From: a virus
Length of the DNA: 64,000 nt
IMG/VR virus record: IMGVR_UViG_3300046001_008198
Span: 1-64,000 of that record
Reading direction: 5' to 3' (one strand)
The stretch's first letter is position 1; every line of letters begins with the position of its first letter. The notes below the pieces were generated by a model. That model was not told the DNA's origin. It did no database searches and saw only the letters and a program-made list of their open reading frames with translations. A program made the translations under genes and the position numbers. Of the stretch, positions 1-10,184 are shown one piece after another.

Positions 1-1
1 G

Positions 2-124
2 GAATTGCAAACAAAGAAGTTTAGGCATAACAATAATAGAATAATTCTTAGACGATTAGTTTGCGGGGACAAGAAAATGATCATTGCTATGGTTGAAACT
101 AAATTACAAATCTCACCGAGATAA
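2..124 (+). CDS. C-terminal fragment of upstream structural (probably tail) protein, 5'-truncated by window edge
   Basis: Frame 2 open from base 2: ELQTKKFRHNNNRIILRRLVCGDKKMIIAMVETKLQISPR*, stop 6 nt before next ATG; product is inferred from context. Confidence 0.6.
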   Translation, partial: ELQTKKFRHNNNRIILRRLVCGDKKMIIAMVETKLQISPR

Positions 125-130
125 TAAATC

Positions 131-1636
131 ATGAAGCGAAAAGTAAAAAATATATTTAGTTCTAATCAGTTAGTTCCTACTGAAATGGAATTAACGGAAG
201 AAGAGATAGCCGCTTATAAAGCTAAAGGTATAAAAGTAGATGAGCTTTTTGACAAGGGTGGTGAATATACCTATGGAGATAGAAACTATAAAAAAGATAA
301 TAATGGAAATTGGTCTGTAGCTGTTAAGGGTGTATGGACCCCTTTATCTAAAAATGTTGAAGCTAGAACAAAAGAATTAAACAAAAATGCAAAATTTGTA
401 AAAGATTTAGAGGGGTATAATCAAAATCAATTGTCGCGGTATGACATGATGGAAAATAATAAGCCTCAAGTAGCAGATAATACTAAAGTTCAAATTACAA
501 ATAAACCTGTACCTCAACAACAAAAGTTTGAAACAGATCCTATGCAGATTATGTTTAATAAACAAAATGCAGAAAGACTAGCACAAGATCCAACTAAGGG
601 TTACACCTTACCTCAAGGTGGAGGAGAAGCAGATTGGGTATGGGCAGCACCTCTTGCGGGTTCAGCGGTATTACAAGCAGCAGGAGCTATAGGTTCTATG
701 GCATTACCAGGACTAGGTGCAGTACCTGGAGCAACTGTAGGTAACTTAGTTAACTCTGGATTTATTGCTAACAGTTTATACGATCTTCCTAAAAATGTAA
801 ACTCCTGGTATGATGTATCTCAAGGTAATAAAGATTGGAAAGAAGCTGCTTTAGAATCAGGAGAAATAGCAGCAGGAATGATAGGTTCGGGTTCAGGCTT
901 TAAATCTTTAGGGAAAGACATTAGTCGAAATGTAAAACCGAGTAATATATTTCCTCAATATAAAGATGTATATCGTGTTGAACCAACATCTTTTGTAAAA
1001 GACATTGGAGATGATTTAAGTGGCAGATGGATGGGTGAATTAGGAGAAATGCCTTTTTATGTGCGAAACTTAAAAGATAAAACAGCAGGTGTTAGAATAT
1101 TAAAACAAAGAATGCCTGTTAAAAAATGGGAAGCTGTATCTGGACATAATATGCCAGAACAAGCAAAAACCATGAGTGCTGGGCTTGGCGACTATAAGAC
1201 TGTTGATGAAGTAGCAAACGCTGGATATTTAACACCCAATTCAGCTACAAGATTCAACAACGGTTTACATACTACCGAAGACTTAGCAGCATTATCAAGT
1301 AACCCAAAATTAATAAATTTAAATGAAGGTATTGTTTCAGATGCCTTAGCAAATAAATTAAGAACTAATAAAAGAAGTCTTTTAAACAGAAGTCAAAAAA
1401 TTGAATATCCTGCAGGAGATATGGGTAGAGAAGGAGCTATGGATTATTTGCTTGAATTAAGTTATCAAACTTATAAAAAACAAGGAGTAGCAAAACCAAT
1501 ATTAGGAATCCCTAGATCCTATTTCCCATTTGAAAAAGGAGGGGTTGTTCAACTTGGAGAAGCGGTTGAGATGGAATTAACTCAAAAAGAAATCGATGCT
1601 TATTTAGCAAAAGGGATTAAGGTTGAGTACCTTTAA
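131..1636 (+). CDS. Putative virion cargo/internal protein (501 aa) with terminal repeat module and hydrophobic Gly/Ala segment
   Basis: Long ORF; EMELT..EI.AY.AKGIKV..L at both ends; F[DE]KGG motifs; hydrophobic stretch WVWAAPLAGSAVLQAAGAIGSMALPGLG. Confidence 0.75.
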   Translation: MKRKVKNIFSSNQLVPTEMELTEEEIAAYKAKGIKVDELFDKGGEYTYGDRNYKKDNNGNWSVAVKGVWTPLSKNVEARTKELNKNAKFVKDLEGYNQNQLSRYDMMENNKPQVADNTKVQITNKPVPQQQKFETDPMQIMFNKQNAERLAQDPTKGYTLPQGGGEADWVWAAPLAGSAVLQAAGAIGSMALPGLGAVPGATVGNLVNSGFIANSLYDLPKNVNSWYDVSQGNKDWKEAALESGEIAAGMIGSGSGFKSLGKDISRNVKPSNIFPQYKDVYRVEPTSFVKDIGDDLSGRWMGELGEMPFYVRNLKDKTAGVRILKQRMPVKKWEAVSGHNMPEQAKTMSAGLGDYKTVDEVANAGYLTPNSATRFNNGLHTTEDLAALSSNPKLINLNEGIVSDALANKLRTNKRSLLNRSQKIEYPAGDMGREGAMDYLLELSYQTYKKQGVAKPILGIPRSYFPFEKGGVVQLGEAVEMELTQKEIDAYLAKGIKVEYL

Positions 1637-1696
1637 CTATTTATTAGTTATCAATTTTAAAAAAAAATGTGTATATTGAAATAAGATCTTTTGATT

Positions 1697-4240
1697 ATGA
1701 AAAAAAAAGTGATGGTATATTTACCTAAAGCGGAAGAAGGACAAGAGGTTCAGCAAGGTGCTCCTCAAGGACAAAACCCTGAGCAAGTTGTTCAACAAGT
1801 AGCTCAAGCTTTACAGCAAGGTGCTCCTATTGATCAAGTGGTTATGCAGTTAATGCAACAGTTCCAAGATCCTCAAGCTGTTATGCAAATACTTGTTCAA
1901 GCGGGTATGCCTCAAGAACAGGCCATGCAGGTTATGCAACAAGTAATGGAAGGTGCTCAACAGCAACAACAAGGTCCGGGTGAAGAAGTAGCAGAAGGTG
2001 CAGCAAGCAATCCTCAAGAAGAAATGCAAGAAGCTCCAATGATGGCTTTTGGTGGAAGAGTTCCTGTAGGTTATCATAAGATGCCTGATGGAAGTGTTAT
2101 GCCTAATAACCAAATGGCTTTTGGAGGTCCAACAAACTTTGCTCAAATTCTTAAAGAAGGTGGTGAAGCTTTGAAGAAAGAATTCACTCCTAAGATCGAA
2201 GATTATTCAACCAAAGATACTGAGTCACACGTGAAGGATTTGCAAACAGCATTTGCATCAATTGTTGCTCGTAATAACATTCATGCAAATCTCAACAGAG
2301 GAATGGATGACATGAAAGATTTATTTGCTCCCTTACCTAAAGCTGCAAATCTCAACAGAGGAATGGATGACATGAAAGATTTATTTGCTCCCTTACCTAA
2401 AGCTGCAAATGGATTAGAGGTTATGACCAGAGATGAATATACTCAAAGTAGAAATGCTGAAGGGTTTGATAAAACAACTGCAGGTGAGGAATGGGATAAA
2501 TTTAATGCAGGTAAAGGAAAAGGTAAGCAGGATTATACAACACCTTTGAGTTATTGGAATGGTCAAACTGGATGGAGTTCTAAAAATATAACCCAAGATC
2601 AATTTGATCTATTATCTGAAGAAGAAAAAAAGAAATTTCAAAATACAGGAACTGTTGGTACTCAGAATCAAGGAATGCCTTATACTATTCCCTGGAGTCC
2701 TTATGGTCAACAAAACCCTAATGCACAGCTTAGACCTTTCGGTCAAATACTAGGAGCATTCCAACCAAATTATGGCGGCAACCCTAGAGTAAGAGGTCGT
2801 GGCGATATGAGAGGAAGGGAAGCTCAATTTTTACAACAAGGTATGAGTGGTGTTGGTTCTGATGGTAGACATTGGAGTGTTAGTGATATTGAAAATAAGA
2901 ATGGTTTATTTAGAAATAAAACTAAATTTAATATTCAATGGGATGGTACTGGAGCACCTTCACAGGAAGGTATGGAATCAGGACAAGCGCCAGGTATGGA
3001 TCCAAATGGAAACAGCTTTAATGAAAGATTAATGAATGGTATATCTCGATTTGCTCCTAGAATAGCATCTCGTATGGTTCCTTCATTTGCACCATCAGGT
3101 GATAACGGTAATGGTGAATTACCAGGAAGAGGAGATGAAGCGTATAAAAATCAATTCGGTCATTATCCTGGTGAAGGTCCTGCTAATACAACTTTTATAC
3201 CACCTACTAATAGTCAAATGGAAAATGAACCAATGATTCCGTTTCCACAGACAGGTAATCCACCTCAAGGTAATCCACCTCAAGGTTGGGCTCCGGGTGT
3301 AGCCCCTGAGTTTGGAATGACAGCTTCTAATATAGGTGCTAGTAATAATCCTATTATGGATAATGCAGCTGCTCAAACTCAAGTTGTTCCTGATGCTTCG
3401 CAACCTGGTCCAGATGGAGGGTATTGGCATAATCCTGGAGCTAAAGAAGGGTATGAAGGAGATAAACAATGGTTTAAGTCAGAAGCTGATTATAAAATTG
3501 TAGATGCTAAAAGAAAAGAGGTTTACCCTATGGTTGAAGCTTGGGCTAAACAATGGGGTATTCCTGCTAATGAAGCAAACATGGCTTTTGCAAAAGAAGT
3601 TGGTGTCAATCCTATGTTTTCAAATGCTGAAGATGTAAAAAGATTTGATGAAATTTATAATAAGTACAAGCAAGGATTTAAAAAATCAGATCCTGTGACA
3701 CAATCGGTAAAACCTGTAGGGTCGCAAGTTAAACCTCCTGTAGCTGGTGGTGGTAGTCTATGGGGAGTACAAAAAGCTTTTGGTGGACCTATGCCTATAT
3801 TTGCGCCAGGTGGTTCTTTTACTGTTAAAAATAATAAGTATAATCTTGATTTAAACATGCTTGCTGATGGACTTTATGGATCTGGTATGAATGGAGTAGA
3901 TTTTGCTAATCAGGTTAACACCGGTGTTAATTACGAAGATCGCTTTAATAATTATAATATTAATAACGTTCAGGGTACAGGTGAACCAATGGGTGAAGGT
4001 ATTTATGACCAATGGGGAAGATGGATTCCTAATGATCAGAGTGCAAAAGTATTAGCTGGTACAGGTGATAAGTCTGCAGAATTTGCAAGTCGTGACAATA
4101 ACTTCTTTGGAGGTACAGGTGTAATGGCCTTCGGTGGAGATTATAATACAGGAGATGAATTCGATATGAGTGATGAAGAGGAAGAGCGTATTTCAGCACA
4201 ATTGAAAGCTGCAGGGTATACATTTAAAAAGATTAGATAA
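1697..4240 (+). CDS. Putative virion cargo protein (about 847 aa), Q/P/G-rich, multiple AFGG motifs
   Basis: Long ORF (ATG at 1697 preferred over TTG 1691); Q-rich N-terminus; 4x AFGG + FAPGG; stop overlaps next ATG. Confidence 0.8.
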   Translation: MKKKVMVYLPKAEEGQEVQQGAPQGQNPEQVVQQVAQALQQGAPIDQVVMQLMQQFQDPQAVMQILVQAGMPQEQAMQVMQQVMEGAQQQQQGPGEEVAEGAASNPQEEMQEAPMMAFGGRVPVGYHKMPDGSVMPNNQMAFGGPTNFAQILKEGGEALKKEFTPKIEDYSTKDTESHVKDLQTAFASIVARNNIHANLNRGMDDMKDLFAPLPKAANLNRGMDDMKDLFAPLPKAANGLEVMTRDEYTQSRNAEGFDKTTAGEEWDKFNAGKGKGKQDYTTPLSYWNGQTGWSSKNITQDQFDLLSEEEKKKFQNTGTVGTQNQGMPYTIPWSPYGQQNPNAQLRPFGQILGAFQPNYGGNPRVRGRGDMRGREAQFLQQGMSGVGSDGRHWSVSDIENKNGLFRNKTKFNIQWDGTGAPSQEGMESGQAPGMDPNGNSFNERLMNGISRFAPRIASRMVPSFAPSGDNGNGELPGRGDEAYKNQFGHYPGEGPANTTFIPPTNSQMENEPMIPFPQTGNPPQGNPPQGWAPGVAPEFGMTASNIGASNNPIMDNAAAQTQVVPDASQPGPDGGYWHNPGAKEGYEGDKQWFKSEADYKIVDAKRKEVYPMVEAWAKQWGIPANEANMAFAKEVGVNPMFSNAEDVKRFDEIYNKYKQGFKKSDPVTQSVKPVGSQVKPPVAGGGSLWGVQKAFGGPMPIFAPGGSFTVKNNKYNLDLNMLADGLYGSGMNGVDFANQVNTGVNYEDRFNNYNINNVQGTGEPMGEGIYDQWGRWIPNDQSAKVLAGTGDKSAEFASRDNNFFGGTGVMAFGGDYNTGDEFDMSDEEEERISAQLKAAGYTFKKIR
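2284..2410 (+). repeat. Exact 60-bp in-frame tandem duplication (about 2.1 copies)
   Basis: 2284-2343 identical to 2344-2403, plus partial TGCAAAT; encodes ANLNRGMDDMKDLFAPLPKA twice. Confidence 0.97.
3253..3286 (+). repeat. 15-bp in-frame tandem repeat (GNPPQ x2)
   Basis: AGGTAATCCACCTCA x2 + AGGT. Confidence 0.9.
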
Positions 4241-6276
4241 TGGGAACATTTCAAATTACAGGTACACCTAAGCGAACAATTCAGGCAGATCCTAGAGGTC
4301 AATCTAAAATCGAAGCTGAGAAAGGTGAAACTATTGTAACCAATACAGGTTTAGATGGGTTAATCGAACACTTTACAATTGGTGGTGAGAAACATAGCAA
4401 AGGAGGTACACCTCTTGATGTTCCAGATGGTTCATTTGTTTTCTCTATGAAAAAAACTTTGAAAATTGAAGATCCACAGATGTTGGAATTTTTCAATAAG
4501 AATCCTAAGAAACCTTTAATGCCGGGTGAGATTGCTAAACAGTATGATGTGAATGCAATCAAGATGAAGATTAAAGATCCAAATATTGATTCGATTACCA
4601 AGGAGTCTTTGATGCTTACTTACAAAAACATGATTGTTAAGTTGAGCGCTTTAGCTGTTGTTCAGGAAAGTTTAAAAGGAACTCCTCAGGGACATTCTAA
4701 AATGTTTGATGCTTTTACTGAAAGAACTGGATTGGAACCTGCAGCACTTCTTGGTGTTACAGCTCAGAATAAACAAACTGCTGAAGGTGGAGCTGCTCCA
4801 GTTATGGCTTTCGGTGGGGGTGTTAACAGAAGAGCTCTTCCTAAGTTTGATGACTTAGCTAAAGTTGATGGTACTAAACCTTATCCTGTTACTGGTTCTG
4901 GTATAAATAATACTCCAAATGAAGGACGACCTCCTTATGAGGAATGGGAAGCTTACACTCCAAAAGGAGCAAAGCAATTGAATGCATATCTTAAAATTTA
5001 TGGAATTCCTTTGGTTAACGAAAGTAAGCCTAATCGTAAAGAGATGGAGGATGCTGTGAACAGAATGCAGATTCAGATGATTAACAAAAATCCTGAATTG
5101 GTTTTTGATTACATGACTAAAAATGCTGATGGTTCACATCAACCAAATAATAAATTAGAGACTCTTATTCCTCAAGGATATACAAAAGATAAAGCTGGAT
5201 TAACCAAAGCTTTAGCTGATGGAAAACTTGATAAGCAAACCATACTTAATGGATACAATGATCAGAAATGGTGGTATCGTGCTGTAACTGCAGAAAAACA
5301 ATACATGGATAAAGCCAAGTATGATGCTTTCATAAAAGAGAATCCGAATGGTATTCCACAAGGAGAATATGTGTATTTCTTAGATGAAAAGGATCCTGAA
5401 AATTATATTGCATATTATACCGATAAAAATGGTAATCCAACAACTGTAGTTCCAGATCCAAAGAAGATTGATGAACCTATGAAAATAGATGCTCAAACTT
5501 TAGGTCAAGGAATTCAGCAGCAACAGAATATGGATTTCTACATCCAGGATAAAAACAATCTGAAGAATATTGCCCGTAAGCGTAGTAGACTTAAAAAGTA
5601 TGAAGACTTTTCGCCAAATCCAGAGTTAGGGTTTGTTGATCAGGCTTACTACTCTCCTGAGCAAGCAATTCACGCAATTGGTTCTCAGTTAGCTACTGGT
5701 GTTGATGGACAAACAGCTTTCATGACTCCTCAATCCCAAACAGCAAACTTTACACAAATGCAAGGGAATGCTTTTGCACAAGTAGCTCAGGAAATAGGGA
5801 AGTATGCCGACTTGAATGTTAATGCTTATAACCAAGAGCGAATGTTGAATACTGAAATAGCAAATAAAAAAGCTATGCTCAGTGCAGAAAATGCTCATTC
5901 ATCACAAGCAAGTCGTATAAACAATGAGAAGAGTTGGACTAGGGATTTAAATGCATTGGACGACATGTTAACTTCTGGAATAAATAAAGCAATCTCTCAT
6001 AGAGCAGATCGTCTTAATATGGAAAGAAGTATTGGTGAACAATATAAAATCGATCCTAATACTGGTATCGCTTATTATGATAAAGGTAAAGCGTTAACTC
6101 CTACAAATGGTACTGAAAAAGATATGGCTGATGAGATTAATGAAATGATGTCAAAAGTAGCAGGTCTTTCAGCCACAGATGCAACGAGAGCGGTACTTGC
6201 ACAACGTTCTGGTAAGTATGTACTTGATGCATCTGCATCGGATAATGTTACTATGCCGTCAGAACTTGGACAATAA
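4240..6276 (+). CDS. Putative virion cargo protein (678 aa)
   Basis: Long ORF; N-terminal IEAEKGE...GGEKHSKGGTPLDVPDGSFVFS segment of the kind I associate with crAss-like structural proteins; MAFGG motif. Confidence 0.75.
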   Translation: MGTFQITGTPKRTIQADPRGQSKIEAEKGETIVTNTGLDGLIEHFTIGGEKHSKGGTPLDVPDGSFVFSMKKTLKIEDPQMLEFFNKNPKKPLMPGEIAKQYDVNAIKMKIKDPNIDSITKESLMLTYKNMIVKLSALAVVQESLKGTPQGHSKMFDAFTERTGLEPAALLGVTAQNKQTAEGGAAPVMAFGGGVNRRALPKFDDLAKVDGTKPYPVTGSGINNTPNEGRPPYEEWEAYTPKGAKQLNAYLKIYGIPLVNESKPNRKEMEDAVNRMQIQMINKNPELVFDYMTKNADGSHQPNNKLETLIPQGYTKDKAGLTKALADGKLDKQTILNGYNDQKWWYRAVTAEKQYMDKAKYDAFIKENPNGIPQGEYVYFLDEKDPENYIAYYTDKNGNPTTVVPDPKKIDEPMKIDAQTLGQGIQQQQNMDFYIQDKNNLKNIARKRSRLKKYEDFSPNPELGFVDQAYYSPEQAIHAIGSQLATGVDGQTAFMTPQSQTANFTQMQGNAFAQVAQEIGKYADLNVNAYNQERMLNTEIANKKAMLSAENAHSSQASRINNEKSWTRDLNALDDMLTSGINKAISHRADRLNMERSIGEQYKIDPNTGIAYYDKGKALTPTNGTEKDMADEINEMMSKVAGLSATDATRAVLAQRSGKYVLDASASDNVTMPSELGQ

Positions 6277-6323
6277 ATAATTAATGTTTAGGATAGTTTA
6301 TATATTTTTGAAAAAAGAAACAC

Positions 6324-8027
6324 ATGGAAATTGATCAGCAGAGTGTTGTAACAGCAGCGCAAGGATGGGATCCAAATTTACAATTGGAGGCTAGTACACT
6401 CAGTACACTTCAGGGTAAATACGATCAAAATCATCAGAAGTTAAGCAATCTTTATGGGTCATTGCTTAATTCTGCTATGAGTAGAACTGAGAATATCGAA
6501 GCTCGAAATGATTTTTTTAAAATAATCAACAATGATATTCAGAAAATGGGTAACATTGATTTGAGTTTAGCAACAAACCAAACTGCAGCAACTACAGTAT
6601 TTCAATCTATTTACAAGAATAAAAATATTGTAAAGGATATGACTTGGACTCGTAATTTCCAAGACCAATTGAGTAGAGCTGAATCATTTAAGAATTGTAC
6701 AGATGTAGCAAAATGTGGTGGACAGTATTGGGAAGAAGGTGAAAAATATCTTCATTACAAGCGTCAGGAATTTATGAATGCTGGTCGCGATGAGGCTATG
6801 GCTTTTCAGGATCCAAAGTATGTCCCATATAATAATATGATGGAGAAAGCTATTGAGCAGGCAAACAAAGCAGGACTTAGTATTAAAACTGATCATATTT
6901 CCGGAGGTTATAAAATAACCAATAAGAATGGTGATCTTTTGGCAACTCCTCTTACGGAATTATTTACTCAGCTTTTTGAAGACAATCCTCAATTCCATGA
7001 CATGTATAAAGTGCAAGCCTATAATGGTCGTAAAGATTGGATTGCAAATAGCATGGCTACAGGAAAATACAAAGATGAAGGTGAAGCAATGGTTGGTTAT
7101 GTTCAACAAACATCTGAAACTTTGAATCGTCAAATAGCAAACTTGACAACTGACATTGATGATGATGCTGCTAAACTAACAGAGCGTTATCAAGAGTTAT
7201 ACGAAAAGTACCAAAGAGGTGAAATCAAAGATGGCTCTCCTGAGTATGTACGATTAACTGAATTGGATAAGCAGGCTGGTCAAATATCTAAAGCTAAAGA
7301 ATATTCCGATATGCTTAAAGCGACTCAGAAGAATATGAACAATACACAGAACATTCGTGCTATTGGTGAGATGTTAGATGATCAGCAAGCTGGTGTATTA
7401 TTTCATACCGATGTAACCCAAGCTGGAAAAACCCTTTCTCATAAAGATGAAGAGCATTTGATGGAAGCTGATAAATTTGCATTACAGGCTAATGAGTTTG
7501 CACATGATTTCAAACTTGAGCAAATGAAACACGCAAATGAAAAAGATCTTGTAACATGGAAAGCTGAGAATGGTGCTTATGGTGCAGAAGGAGGAAAGAC
7601 TAATAAGATGTTGAATACATTATCTTTATTCCAACAAGCAAATGGAACAGTTACTGAAGCTACTCCAAATGCAAGGTTGATGACAGCACTTACGGAGTCT
7701 TCAGAATTTACAGATGCTCTAGCTAATGAATTAAAAGGCGCAAAGACATGGCATCAAGTTAAAGCTTGGATTGATGGATTAGAGAATACCAAAATGAGGA
7801 CATTAGCTAATACTAAATACAAATTATTTGTAAGTGAATATAATGATGCAAAACAGTTATCAAACAAAAAAGCAGCGGATGCATTCACCGCAGGAAATGG
7901 TATAACAACAGATGATTTTTATTGGGATGTATTGAAACCTGAAGATATTGTAGCCATGGGATCTAATAATCCAGAACTGGAAGAAATGTTATACACTGAA
8001 TATATGAAAAGAACTCCTACAAAATAA
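6324..8027 (+). CDS. Putative virion/ejected protein (567 aa)
   Basis: Long helical-looking ORF within structural block. Confidence 0.75.
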   Translation: MEIDQQSVVTAAQGWDPNLQLEASTLSTLQGKYDQNHQKLSNLYGSLLNSAMSRTENIEARNDFFKIINNDIQKMGNIDLSLATNQTAATTVFQSIYKNKNIVKDMTWTRNFQDQLSRAESFKNCTDVAKCGGQYWEEGEKYLHYKRQEFMNAGRDEAMAFQDPKYVPYNNMMEKAIEQANKAGLSIKTDHISGGYKITNKNGDLLATPLTELFTQLFEDNPQFHDMYKVQAYNGRKDWIANSMATGKYKDEGEAMVGYVQQTSETLNRQIANLTTDIDDDAAKLTERYQELYEKYQRGEIKDGSPEYVRLTELDKQAGQISKAKEYSDMLKATQKNMNNTQNIRAIGEMLDDQQAGVLFHTDVTQAGKTLSHKDEEHLMEADKFALQANEFAHDFKLEQMKHANEKDLVTWKAENGAYGAEGGKTNKMLNTLSLFQQANGTVTEATPNARLMTALTESSEFTDALANELKGAKTWHQVKAWIDGLENTKMRTLANTKYKLFVSEYNDAKQLSNKKAADAFTAGNGITTDDFYWDVLKPEDIVAMGSNNPELEEMLYTEYMKRTPTK

Positions 8028-8032
8028 AAATT

Positions 8033-10174
8033 ATGGATGGAAAAGCAGCATTAGCACAATTAGAAGCTAAGTACGGAAGTGGATCAACAGGTAGTACTCC
8101 GGCAGGTAAAGCAGCTCCAGCAGGAAAAACTCCAACTACAGGAGAAGCTTGGAGAAAATCTCATATTGATGCTATCGGTAATTTAGGATTAGATGATGCA
8201 ACTGAAAAGATTGTAACTAATGCTTTGTCAAGTAAATATGATAAAGCTTTATGGATGGCTCGTGAGAAAAAGGATACAGATTTTGCACAGAATTTAACTA
8301 CTGTAAAAAATGACAGCTGGGCCTTAGCTAAAGCTGTTAAAGCTGGTGATATGTCACAGGTTAATAAGTATCTTAAAAGTATAACTAATAGTTTTAGTAA
8401 TAGTACCAATCTAGTAGATAAGTATTATGATAAAACTCAAAATGCTTACAAATCCAGAACTGCTTATACAGCATTTGATAAAGAGTCCATGAAAATTATG
8501 AGCATCAAAGATTTCGAAAAAATTAATGAAGCTCCTATTGTAAAAAAGAATTCCAGAATGAGTAATGATGTTGCTTTAAAGGAAGATAGTTTATGGGATA
8601 ATATAGCATATGGTTTATCATATCTTGCCCCAACAGGCGGACTCTATAGAGCTACAGCTGATAACAACAAAGGAATTACTGAAGTTATTGATCCAAAGAA
8701 AGCATACAAAAAAATACGTTTTCATGAAGATGGTCCTGCTAAAATTATTCAAGGTATATTACAACCAACTGTTACCAACTGGGTTACAACAGGACTGAAG
8801 AATATTGATACAGACAAAGGAGAACAACGTCAGAAAGTAAATAATATGACTGTTGAAAGTTTAAGGTTTGTTGCAAAATTTGGTAGTGCTTCTGATGAAA
8901 GTAATAAAGCAAAAGCTATAAAACTACTTGAAAAATATGACAGTTTAAAATGGGAGAAAAATGGAAAGCCTGATTTCTTAGCAAGTGAATCTTCGGCAAT
9001 TACAGATATTGTATCTGATTTAGGATACCATGGTTCTCAGTATATTTATTCAAAGTACAAAGGTGACTTTAAAGATGCTAGGTATTATGGAGGCGATGTT
9101 AATGCAATGAAGAATCTTAATAATCAAATGGAAGCTTTAATGAGAACAAAAGACACGGTTGATAAAGCAACTAAAACTTTTAGAGATAAAGCCTTTAGTC
9201 ATTTAAAAGCAAATCCTATAGAAGCTCCGAAACCTGATACATACGGTAATACTTTTGACAGTCTTAATAAAAAAATAATTTATGATAAAAGTTATAAAAT
9301 TTTGGTTGATAATTTATTAGATCCTAAGACCGGTAGAGTTAGGTCGTTCAATGATGTTCTTAATATTGCAAATAAATCTGATACTTGGGAAAACCCTGTA
9401 AATATTCTTACTTCAAAAGAAGTTGGTTATTTTAAAAAGTTATACGGTCAAACTATTAATCAATATCAAAAACAATTTAATAATATTAAAGGTAATGAGA
9501 TTGATAAGTTGAATATGGCTATATCTGGATTTTCTGGAGAAGCTGGTAAAGTTCTTCAGCAAACATCTATAGATATTAAAAACCATGGTTCAAATAAAAC
9601 TCAAAGAGCTTTAAAGGTAATTGATATTTTTAAAAATCAAATGGATAATGATCAGCAAGGAAGTGTTTATTTACATAATGGTGATTATAGTCAAGCTGTT
9701 ACTTTAGATGAGTATGATGAAAACAGTCATAGTAAATCCAACACATGGAAAAGCTCTGTTGATAAATTTTTTAAAACCGATGCCGATATCGATATGGATT
9801 TCAGGAGACAAACATCTATTCCTGGAAAAGCTGCTTATACTTTTACAAATAAAGAAACTAATAAATCTATGACTATGTACATAGATAAATCAGAAGCCGC
9901 TAGATCTGATGAATTTTTTGTTCAGAATACATATCGCTCTCACGCGGATTGGGCTTTTTCTGTAAACCAAGATTGGAATTTAACCCATCTTGATACTGAT
10001 GAACTTAAAGATTTAAAGATTACTGCAGACTCTAAAGGAAATTATATACTTAAAGGTTTTGCCACAAATGAAAAAGGTGAGCAAGTTTCTTTCAAAAAAG
10101 GAGAACTGGGTAATGTCGAAAATAAATCGATAAAAGAAGTTGAGAAAATTGTTAAACAAGCATTAAATCTTTAA
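8033..10174 (+). CDS. Hypothetical virion-associated protein (713 aa)
   Basis: Long ORF, 5-nt gap to upstream gene, no recognisable motif. Confidence 0.7.
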   Translation: MDGKAALAQLEAKYGSGSTGSTPAGKAAPAGKTPTTGEAWRKSHIDAIGNLGLDDATEKIVTNALSSKYDKALWMAREKKDTDFAQNLTTVKNDSWALAKAVKAGDMSQVNKYLKSITNSFSNSTNLVDKYYDKTQNAYKSRTAYTAFDKESMKIMSIKDFEKINEAPIVKKNSRMSNDVALKEDSLWDNIAYGLSYLAPTGGLYRATADNNKGITEVIDPKKAYKKIRFHEDGPAKIIQGILQPTVTNWVTTGLKNIDTDKGEQRQKVNNMTVESLRFVAKFGSASDESNKAKAIKLLEKYDSLKWEKNGKPDFLASESSAITDIVSDLGYHGSQYIYSKYKGDFKDARYYGGDVNAMKNLNNQMEALMRTKDTVDKATKTFRDKAFSHLKANPIEAPKPDTYGNTFDSLNKKIIYDKSYKILVDNLLDPKTGRVRSFNDVLNIANKSDTWENPVNILTSKEVGYFKKLYGQTINQYQKQFNNIKGNEIDKLNMAISGFSGEAGKVLQQTSIDIKNHGSNKTQRALKVIDIFKNQMDNDQQGSVYLHNGDYSQAVTLDEYDENSHSKSNTWKSSVDKFFKTDADIDMDFRRQTSIPGKAAYTFTNKETNKSMTMYIDKSEAARSDEFFVQNTYRSHADWAFSVNQDWNLTHLDTDELKDLKITADSKGNYILKGFATNEKGEQVSFKKGELGNVENKSIKEVEKIVKQALNL

Positions 10175-10184
10175 TCCTAACTCC

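Noticed and set aside
6303-6310. TATTTTTG promoter-like octamer before the 567-aa gene (and TATATTG at about 1675)
   Set aside because: No -33 element at proper spacing; likely by chance in AT-rich intergenic DNA
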